Shown here one piece after another: positions 55,855-63,049 of a stretch of DNA of 64,000 nucleotides; position 1 is the first letter of the stretch; each line of letters opens with the position of its first letter. The notes below the pieces were generated by a model. It was not told where the DNA came from. It ran no database searches and saw nothing but the letters and a program-made list of their open reading frames with translations. A program made the position numbers and the translations under genes. This DNA is from a virus: the IMG/VR virus record IMGVR_UViG_3300009155_000038. One strand, given 5' to 3'.

Positions 55855-57837
55855 TTACGCCGGGGCTGCGCCTAGCTCGTTGTCGGGTTTCTTGCGCCTC
55901 GACCTGCCCCACGCATGGGCTGCTGCGAGGGCTGCAGCGCCACCAGCACCAAGTGCAAGTGCTGGTGCGTACTTGCCCATGCCCTTGAAGCTAGGCATAG
56001 CGCTGGGTGTCGGGGTGGGTACAGGCGCAGGAGCTGGCATAGCGCTGCGAGCAGCATTCTGAATAGCACCAGTGGCTTTATAGCCAGCAGCGCCCATCAA
56101 ACCCATGGCGCCAGCACCTAAGAGCGCACGCCTACCGCCGGCCATGCGAAGTTGCTTGAGCAAGAGCTGCTTATTCGTTGCCAGCAGCGGCTCAAACTCG
56201 CCAGAGATAGCTACTCTGTTGGGCAGCGTGATGGCATTCGGGAACTTGCTCTTTGTTTTACCCAGCGCTTCGTATACAGTCGCCGGGAACGACCCACACA
56301 TATGCCCGTCGCATGTGTTCACATTCTTATTGAACCCCGGAATGTATTTTGCGAGATTCGACAGGCCAGTAATCTCACCGATAGCGCCCAAGCCAGCATT
56401 CCCGATCGCGTAACCCTTGAGCCCTTCGGCTTTCAAGAGCGGATCTAACGCGCCGCCAACATCAGGGCCTTTTGGACGCAACCAGAGTGTGCCCTTGGGA
56501 CCATAGTAGTGCCCGCGGGGATGTAATCGTGAGCCCTCAAGAATCGTATGTTTGTATACGTTGTCAGCCTCGGGAACGTACATGCTGCCGGGGCGCATCT
56601 TGGCTCGCGCTACGTCAGCGGCATAGTCCGCCGGCTGATTGCGCAGCTCTTTCATTAACAGCGACCAGCCATACCCAGCCGACGGGTCTTTCTGGTATGC
56701 GCGCCATTGCTTCGGACTGAATGGCCCGTCAACGAAGTCAAGGCCGCGAAACCCAAGCGTTTCGAGCGGTGTCATGTTCGTTCGGCCCGTGTTCATGCCG
56801 CCGTGTAACACAGTCGGCACAAACGTCTCGAATTTCTTGGGCTTAAAGATAGCAGAACGCGCTGGCGCCGGGCCGGGCACACCGACCTGATCCACTTGTT
56901 TCATTAAGTCTGTAGACAGCGCCTTCATGCGCGGGTTGTTCTTGTACTTCTCGCCAAACAAGTCAGCCAGCGACTTGATCTTCTGCCGTTTGGCGTTATT
57001 GGCAGCTTCTATGGCTGCAGGGTGCTTGGCTGTAACATCGCTACGCACGCTAGAGAGGAAGTCATCGGCTTTGCCAGTAGGCGTCTTGGGTTCAGCAAAC
57101 TGCTGCAACTCGGGCCGCGACAGAAACTTCTTGAAGTCTCTCACCGACGTGCTTCTAAGCTTTTGAAGCCTTTGTAATTTAGCTAACTCTTCCGTGCTGA
57201 GCCGCGGGTCTTTGGGTGGTTTGGCATTACTCGTGCTTTTGTCATACGCCTCCCACGCCCGTTGGCGCTTTTGAAGCGGCGCTAGCTCTTTGGCGCGCCC
57301 CCGAAGCCGCTCTTTCGTGTTACCGTATGTATCAGTGCCGGCCGTCCCGTCGTCTGCCCACTCATAGCCGCGGTTTGATGCGTTTAGGAACCGCTTGGGA
57401 TCTTTCGCTTCTATGTCTGAGAACAAGTCGCCGCGGTCGTTGCGCAGAAACGCGAGATCCGGCGGCATTTCGCCCTTGGGTGTGCGGGACACACTATGGT
57501 GGGCTTTGACATTGGGCCCGGCAATCTGGCCATGCGCGCCCGGACCGCCTGAAGCGCCGAACGAGCCATGCACAAGCACATTGGTAAACGGGTCGGTGCT
57601 GCCCTGTAACCCAGAGATGCCGTAGTCGCCCGGCTTGATCGTCCTGAGCACCTTGGCCACGTCGACATGCCCATCGGCTGTTGTGGCATCTTCAGCCGCT
57701 TCGAGCAGCTTTTTATAGGCCGGGTAGTCGTGCCGAACGTAATCCCAGAGACTCTTCGCTGGCAGTGCAGCGCCAGCCACAGCGCCCGCGGGCCTGAAAT
57801 CAATAGGGCGCTTCTGGTCTTGGTTGTCAGCCGGCAT
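55855..57837 (-). CDS. Large protein with possible permuted papain-like C-domain and glycine-zipper tail
   Basis: GGAG SD before ATG 57837; H..(KHTILEG) then MCGSFPATVY..TLPN; C-term LLGAGAMGLMGAAG, ALGAGGAAA followed by a basic tail. Confidence 0.5.
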   Translation of the reverse strand: MPADNQDQKRPIDFRPAGAVAGAALPAKSLWDYVRHDYPAYKKLLEAAEDATTADGHVDVAKVLRTIKPGDYGISGLQGSTDPFTNVLVHGSFGASGGPGAHGQIAGPNVKAHHSVSRTPKGEMPPDLAFLRNDRGDLFSDIEAKDPKRFLNASNRGYEWADDGTAGTDTYGNTKERLRGRAKELAPLQKRQRAWEAYDKSTSNAKPPKDPRLSTEELAKLQRLQKLRSTSVRDFKKFLSRPELQQFAEPKTPTGKADDFLSSVRSDVTAKHPAAIEAANNAKRQKIKSLADLFGEKYKNNPRMKALSTDLMKQVDQVGVPGPAPARSAIFKPKKFETFVPTVLHGGMNTGRTNMTPLETLGFRGLDFVDGPFSPKQWRAYQKDPSAGYGWSLLMKELRNQPADYAADVARAKMRPGSMYVPEADNVYKHTILEGSRLHPRGHYYGPKGTLWLRPKGPDVGGALDPLLKAEGLKGYAIGNAGLGAIGEITGLSNLAKYIPGFNKNVNTCDGHMCGSFPATVYEALGKTKSKFPNAITLPNRVAISGEFEPLLATNKQLLLKQLRMAGGRRALLGAGAMGLMGAAGYKATGAIQNAARSAMPAPAPVPTPTPSAMPSFKGMGKYAPALALGAGGAAALAAAHAWGRSRRKKPDNELGAAPA

Positions 57838-57868
57838 AACACATGCTCCTGAAGATGTATACCCCGTG

Positions 57869-57876
57869 AGTATACA
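57869..57876 (-). promoter_or_regulatory. Candidate late promoter element TGTATACT
   Basis: Downstream of a terminator, about 30 nt upstream of ATG 57837. Confidence 0.4.
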
Positions 57877-57900
57877 GTCGGTCATTTTAACCTAAAAGCG

Positions 57901-57946
57901 CTGATAGCTAAAAGAAACGCGCAGAGGCCCCCGAAGGGGCATGCGC
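57901..57946 (-). terminator. Intrinsic terminator with conserved AGCTATCAG tail
   Basis: CGCGC..GCCCC-TTCG-GGGC..GCGCG followed by TTTCTTTT. Confidence 0.85.
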
Positions 57947-57972
57947 GAGTCTTTATGCCAGCCGTAGGAGGA

Positions 57973-58674
57973 CTAGCAAGTAGCGGGCATGACCGCCACG
58001 GCGTTTACCGTGACAGCAGCCTTCTTCTCAGCCTCGGTCAGCGCCTCGGCGATTTCCTCGCGCGAGATGCCGGCTTGGAAGAGCGTGTACGCCACCGGGG
58101 CAACACAGTTGGCGGTGATGGCCGCAAACAGGATGCCCGTGACCTTCGCCACGGTTCCAGCGCCAACAAGCCCAGTGGCCAGCGACGCCATGCCGGCGCC
58201 GACGACAACACCGGTGGTCACGGCCACACCGAAGGCCGCCGCAGCAGCCAACAGGTTGACGACGTGGCCATTGACGGCGATCCAGTCGACCGTCATGCTG
58301 CCGACGAACTCGTACACGTACTCCAGCGCCTTACGAGTGGCGCCGTACGCATACACGATCTGCTCGCCGATCCAGTGCAGGACCGCCGTGGTGTACTCGA
58401 TCACCGTGCTGTACACCTGACCCAGAAACACCCAGACCTGACCAGCCACGTGGGCCAGCGAGTCGTAGATGTTCTGAAACGTGGTGGTGGTAGCCGAGTA
58501 AACACCGCTGACGACAGCCGCGCTGCCGTTGTAGATCTGCACGAGCGGATTGCTCATGTAGACCGCCTCGTCGACGATCTGCTGAACGTCGGCCTTGGTG
58601 AGGGGCTTGGCACGACGGCGAGCCGAACCAGAAACCTTGCTGACCTTGACGCGCTGGGCAGTTGCAGTAGCCAT
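57973..58674 (-). CDS. Amphipathic/TM early protein in a stand-alone cassette
   Basis: 233 aa, strong C/G third-position bias, long amphipathic helices plus G/A zipper TM region. Confidence 0.75.
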   Translation of the reverse strand: MATATAQRVKVSKVSGSARRRAKPLTKADVQQIVDEAVYMSNPLVQIYNGSAAVVSGVYSATTTTFQNIYDSLAHVAGQVWVFLGQVYSTVIEYTTAVLHWIGEQIVYAYGATRKALEYVYEFVGSMTVDWIAVNGHVVNLLAAAAAFGVAVTTGVVVGAGMASLATGLVGAGTVAKVTGILFAAITANCVAPVAYTLFQAGISREEIAEALTEAEKKAAVTVNAVAVMPATC

Positions 58675-58781
58675 AAAGAAACTCTCTTTCTTTCTGTCAC
58701 AGAAAACGCTGTAGCGGAACCCGTACAGCCGTGCGGGGGCATGAATAACACATTCACGCCAACACCTAGGATCATCACTGT

Positions 58782-58809
58782 ATATACCCGGTTTTTGGCT
58801 TTTATTTAG
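58782..58809 (-). promoter_or_regulatory. 28-bp promoter motif CTAAATA-N11-CCGGGTATAT
   Basis: One of four copies with identical spacing. Confidence 0.7.
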
Positions 58810-58812
58810 ATA

Positions 58813-59889
58813 TCAGCCGTCCCGGGTCTTCAGAACCATCGTTTCACGGGCTGGCCATAGCAGCATTTGCTGCATGGTGTCTTCCGTGGTGATATCTGCG
58901 CCCTTAAGTAAGTTCAGGGCTGCCACCACGTTCTGGGGCGTTTCCGTCCTGACGCGCTTATGCAGAGCGTCGTGGCGGGTGTACGTATCCCAGACATAAT
59001 CCTCGCCGTTCTCGGGATTATGCTTCTTGAGCCTGTTGGTTATGTAATGGTTCGTCTGCACAAGCTTGGCGTTCTTCTTGTGCCCGCTCCGCAGAAATGT
59101 GTCTTCGCCTGTATGCACGACGACACAGTGCTGCATCGCTTCTTTGCCAACGACATGCGCAAAGAACGGAACCATTACGGGCTGGGAACGCAACCCCAGC
59201 ACCGTGTTGTTATAGTCCGTCATTCTGTCGCACACGGCCCGTACTCGTTGAAGCACAGGCCAGCGAAACAGATCAACGGGGTTTAAACAACCCAGCCAAC
59301 TGACCGTCTTAACAGTGGGCGCTTGGTTTACAGTGACTGCCCACTGGGAGCAGATCGCTGAAACCACGCCCACCATGCCAGTAACGCCCACAGAGGTATA
59401 TGAGTTGTTTCCTCTGTGAAACCGGATAAGCCGGGTGTGCTTCCCGGTGGACCGGGGCGTTACCCAGTCCATGTTACGAACCAGTACGGGTGACCCGCTG
59501 ATATCCAAGCTGGCGCTCGAACACCCGCACCCGTACATCTCACTAAGACTCGTTAAGTCGTAGATGAGATTGCCAAGCATGAGGTCGCCTAGGGGCACCT
59601 CTGCATACTTAGCTATACCCTGAATCTCCGCCGTGTACTCTTCGCCGTACATCATGTCTGAGACAGTATGGGCGAACCAGCCGGCGCCAGAGCCAAGTGT
59701 TCTCACAAGGCTCCTGATAGGCGGATACAAGTGCCCTAGCAAATCTTCGTCGACATATTTGTTTATGTCGGCGAGGATGCTGTGGATGTTATCCCCTTCA
59801 GCTTTACAGAACTTTCGCCAGCGTAGTTCTGGCGAGTCGTTCAGGTCGATGTCATACGTAGGCGCGCTGTGCACTTTCAGGCTGTTCAT
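58813..59889 (-). CDS. Acid ceramidase/NAAA-like Ntn-hydrolase
   Basis: YDIDLNDSPELRW (alpha-chain start), GEI.GIA..G..ML.NL.Y, nucleophile CSS..VRNMDW, VQTNH. Confidence 0.8.
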   Translation of the reverse strand: MNSLKVHSAPTYDIDLNDSPELRWRKFCKAEGDNIHSILADINKYVDEDLLGHLYPPIRSLVRTLGSGAGWFAHTVSDMMYGEEYTAEIQGIAKYAEVPLGDLMLGNLIYDLTSLSEMYGCGCSSASLDISGSPVLVRNMDWVTPRSTGKHTRLIRFHRGNNSYTSVGVTGMVGVVSAICSQWAVTVNQAPTVKTVSWLGCLNPVDLFRWPVLQRVRAVCDRMTDYNNTVLGLRSQPVMVPFFAHVVGKEAMQHCVVVHTGEDTFLRSGHKKNAKLVQTNHYITNRLKKHNPENGEDYVWDTYTRHDALHKRVRTETPQNVVAALNLLKGADITTEDTMQQMLLWPARETMVLKTRDG

Positions 59890-60155
59890 TCCTGTACTCC
59901 TTCCAGCCTGTTGAGCCGTTCGTGGATCAAGCTGTTGTTTTGCATTTGCGTTTCAAGAACGCCCAGCAGCCGACTAAGCATCTCGGCTTGCTTGACTGCA
60001 ATAGTTTCAGCGGCTTCAACGCGCTCAAACGCGGCTTTTAACGTATTCGCCAGAAACGCCGTCAACCGCTGCAGCTCGGCAATTTTGCCGTCGATTGTCG
60101 TTGGGCTATCTTCTGGAAACATAGCCGAAACGTCTGGACCGATTTCGTAACTCAT
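59886..60155 (-). CDS. Small coiled-coil early protein
   Basis: GAGG SD before ATG 60155; heptad pattern; stop overlaps the ceramidase start. Confidence 0.65.
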   Translation of the reverse strand: MSYEIGPDVSAMFPEDSPTTIDGKIAELQRLTAFLANTLKAAFERVEAAETIAVKQAEMLSRLLGVLETQMQNNSLIHERLNRLEGVQE

Positions 60156-60220
60156 CTCGAACCTCCGCAAAGAAAAGAGTCCCGGGCATTCCCAATACAC
60201 CACATATTGGGTATCAGGTA

Positions 60221-60248
60221 ATATGCCCGGAACTGGCGGAGTATTTAG
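60221..60248 (-). promoter_or_regulatory. 28-bp promoter motif CTAAATA-N11-CCGGGCATAT
   Basis: Copy with identical spacing. Confidence 0.7.
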
Positions 60249-60262
60249 ATAGCTAAACCAGC

Positions 60263-61444
60263 CTACTGGCCAATGCGACCCAAGTAGACGCCGAACTGCA
60301 TCGCGCTAGAGCACTTGCAGTTCCACTTGCGCAGGGACTTATTTATGCGCGAGTCTGGGTCGTGAGCTGTCGCGCTACCAGTCTCGTGCTTCTTCATGCC
60401 GCACATACGCGAACAGAAAGAATGTCTACGGGCCTTGGCTTTGCCTGTGGGGTGCTTTTCAGTCACGGGCGCTTTGAGATGGCCGCCTGTCGCTTTGTTA
60501 TAGCTAGCCCTGCCCTTGGCATTCAGGCCGCCTTCTTCGTTCTTCCCAGCACTGCGCTGCCATGCGGGAGAACCAGCTGACTTCTCAGGCGAGTTTGTTA
60601 CACCCAAGCCAGCGTTGCCATTGATCACGCCACTAGTGCTCAGCCCGCCAAACGATTGAATGGGATTAAACATCGGGCTGTTACCCTTGGGCGCCATAGG
60701 TTTAATAGGCTTGATGCCGCCCTTGTTCCCAACTGGCGGCGCGCTTGGTGACGTAGCCTGTGGGCCTGCCGGCATGGGCGATACATTGGCTACTTTCTGC
60801 GGCTGGGCGGGAGCTGCCGGAGCCTGTGCTTGGGCCGGCGCTTGTGGCATAACAGCCTGCATTTGCTGGGCCTGAGCCTGTTGCGCACCCATTGGAAGAG
60901 GGGTTGCTGAAGCTGGTTGGGCGTATTGTTGTAAGTTAACATTCTGGGGCACTGGGGCTGCTTGTTGGCCCTGCGCCGCTGCTTCTTCGTCTGCAATCCC
61001 CTGCTGTATCACCTGCGATAACACTACTGCTAACTTACGTAATGTCTCATTTACAGGGGGTTTTTGCTGTTCTTTAGATAACTGACCCAATAACTGCCCC
61101 TCTTGATCTGGACCCTTGAGACTGACGTGTTCATCCCCTGCAGACGTGGGCTTATCGCAGTGGGGAACCTCTACAGGGACGGCAGCAGAGTTCGCATATT
61201 TGGCTGTAAGAGCCGCTACGTAGTTAACAACGGTATTTTTGACGCTTGTATAATTTTTTGTAACACTCGCAGCCACACCAGCCTCCTTAGACTTCTCTGA
61301 GTCTTTAGTTTCAGACGGTTCTTTGGTTTTGTGCGCGTATTCCGGCAGATTCTTCTGATTCGGATACTCGCGCGCCCAGCGTTTGGCGATATCTGGGTGC
61401 TCGGCCCAGAGAAACCTACGCTGCTTTTCTGACCTGAATGGCAT
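60263..61444 (-). CDS. Multi-module virion cargo protein with DUF6321-like domain
   Basis: MPFRSEKQRRFLWA N-module; KEAG, KYAN, KVAN, EKSAG; SPAWQR..GGLNAKGRASYN..RRHSFCSRM..SRINKSLRKWNC; C-term FGVYLG. Confidence 0.7.
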   Translation of the reverse strand: MPFRSEKQRRFLWAEHPDIAKRWAREYPNQKNLPEYAHKTKEPSETKDSEKSKEAGVAASVTKNYTSVKNTVVNYVAALTAKYANSAAVPVEVPHCDKPTSAGDEHVSLKGPDQEGQLLGQLSKEQQKPPVNETLRKLAVVLSQVIQQGIADEEAAAQGQQAAPVPQNVNLQQYAQPASATPLPMGAQQAQAQQMQAVMPQAPAQAQAPAAPAQPQKVANVSPMPAGPQATSPSAPPVGNKGGIKPIKPMAPKGNSPMFNPIQSFGGLSTSGVINGNAGLGVTNSPEKSAGSPAWQRSAGKNEEGGLNAKGRASYNKATGGHLKAPVTEKHPTGKAKARRHSFCSRMCGMKKHETGSATAHDPDSRINKSLRKWNCKCSSAMQFGVYLGRIGQ

Positions 61445-62000
61445 AGCTCTGCATTAGCTCCCAAGCTGATTTAGATATCTTCGCACAAGCTCTGAGAAAA
61501 GCCAAATACAGCTGCGCGCTTGGTTTTTTTTTAGATATCAGAGCCCAAACTGAGAATACCCGGCGCGCACTCTGAAAAGCGGATGAAAAACGGGTTGAAA
61601 AACGGGTTGAGAAACTGAGAAACCATGACTGCCGTCTGGTGGCAGTCACTGTGATTTAAACCACAGTGTTTTTGCGCCGCTGAAGAGCGACTGAAGAGCG
61701 AAATTGAGAATGCCTGATTTTCAGGGCAAGTTGGAACGCTCTCTAGGTAAAAACACCGAGAGGTTGGAACGTTTTTGTTCCAACTCTGACCCAAACTAGT
61801 CAGAGTTCATGAGCCGCGTGACGTAAAGTGTTGTGATTATTGGATTTAGAGCGCGCAACTATTGGTCAGACGCTCTAAGTCCATTATTGACAGGCATTTA
61901 CGGTGATGCGCTGAAGATTGACTGCCGTGGAGTGGCAGTCAGAGGTGCATTTTTAGCGTTTTGTCAGTCACTCTCAACTGGATTAAGATATCTATGTCCC
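61445..62000. other. Noncoding region rich in direct and inverted repeats (origin-like)
   Basis: TGA(A/G)AAAC(GGGT) tandem repeats at 61573-61623; twin TGACTGCC-N7-GGCAGTCA; four further 7-9 bp inverted repeats. Confidence 0.6.
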
Positions 62001-62018
62001 AATCTCACGAGGTGCGCC

Positions 62019-62096
62019 ATGGCCGAGATGGAAAACGACTTCATGTCTGGCGTCTTCGATCACATGTTCGGCGAGATAGATCCCGACGACGAATAG
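62019..62096 (+). CDS. 25-aa acidic peptide, only plus-strand gene candidate
   Basis: GAGGTG SD; MAEMENDFMSGVFDHMFGEIDPDDE; stop abuts the terminator of the convergent gene. Confidence 0.45.
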   Translation: MAEMENDFMSGVFDHMFGEIDPDDE

Positions 62097-62098
62097 CG

Positions 62099-62146
62099 CT
62101 GATAGCTAAAAAAAGCCGAAGCTTTGCTGAGGCCGTCGCCCTCAGC
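62099..62146 (-). terminator. Intrinsic terminator with AGCTATCAG tail
   Basis: GCTGAGG/CCTCAGC and AAAGC-TTCG-GCTTT hairpins followed by a T-run. Confidence 0.75.
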
Positions 62147-62169
62147 TGCCGACGAGTTTTACCGTCGTG

Positions 62170-62481
62170 CTAAACCCCGACGTGCTGCTCCTTGCGGTAC
62201 AGCTCGTCGAGATCTATCACGCTCTGCATAGCGCGCTCATCGCTCACGCCGTCAAGCGTGGCGAAAACGTCATGGCAGGACGCAGTGACGTTGCCGCCCC
62301 GCATCATGTCCGTGACGTCGTCGCGATTGACGACGGCGTCCTTGAAGGTGCGGACGACAGCCACCGCATCAGCGAGAGAAAGCCCGCTGATGACGGAAAT
62401 CGCCGGAACCCAGCTGTAAACATTGATGGTTCCTGACTTCGTCTTGTGGCAGGGGCTGGTATGAATCCAAACGGTGTACAT
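62170..62481 (-). CDS. Small early hypothetical protein
   Basis: GGAG SD before ATG 62481. Confidence 0.7.
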   Translation of the reverse strand: MYTVWIHTSPCHKTKSGTINVYSWVPAISVISGLSLADAVAVVRTFKDAVVNRDDVTDMMRGGNVTASCHDVFATLDGVSDERAMQSVIDLDELYRKEQHVGV

Positions 62482-62511
62482 AAACACTCCTATGTGAAGA
62501 TAAATCGAGAA

Positions 62512-62691
62512 CTACTTTGTGAAACGCTTTGTAGATTGCGCTACCCACTCTAACAACGCCGAGTTGTCGCCGGGCAGCTCTGTAATCACTTTGGCCATGA
62601 CAGCAAGCACTACGATCAGTGCTTGCTTGTTGTCTGCCGTTTTCACCGCGTGCGACAACATTGACGCGATGATGTCTATGGGTTTATCCAT
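62512..62691 (-). CDS. 59-aa hypothetical protein (not in track)
   Basis: ATG overlaps the upstream stop (ATGGATAA); MDKPIDIIASMLSHAVKTADNKQAL... Confidence 0.55.
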   Translation of the reverse strand: MDKPIDIIASMLSHAVKTADNKQALIVVLAVMAKVITELPGDNSALLEWVAQSTKRFTK

Positions 62692-62995
62692 AGACGATCA
62701 GTCCCTTGGGCGTTGTGATAACGCCCGTCAGCCAACCGAACGAATCCCGCTCTCCACAGCTGACCGTGTAGCCAGCCGCAGCCAACTCACGGTGCGCGTC
62801 GAAGTTCGGGTGGCCGTTGGGCTTGATCAACGCCTCGGGCGCGAAGAAGTTCGACACCTCGTTCACGACGTCGTGAAGATCTTCCGCCGGGCCGTCCGTC
62901 AGGTACTCGCCGGGAATGGAGAGCACCGTAGGATCGGCCAGCATCTTCTCGATGGCTTCGACAAGAGCGGCGACGGGAGTAGTAACGTTTTCCAT
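62684..62995 (-). CDS. Small early hypothetical protein
   Basis: AGGA SD; first gene after the promoter at 63050-63077. Confidence 0.75.
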   Translation of the reverse strand: MENVTTPVAALVEAIEKMLADPTVLSIPGEYLTDGPAEDLHDVVNEVSNFFAPEALIKPNGHPNFDAHRELAAAGYTVSCGERDSFGWLTGVITTPKGLIVYG

Positions 62996-63049
62996 AGCGA
63001 GTTCCTTTTGTAAAGAGTGAAGAAAACAGATAGCTACTGCTATTACTGT

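Noticed and set aside
61887-61915. TTGACA sigma70 -35 box in the origin-like region
   Set aside because: No TATAAT-like hexamer at 16-18 nt
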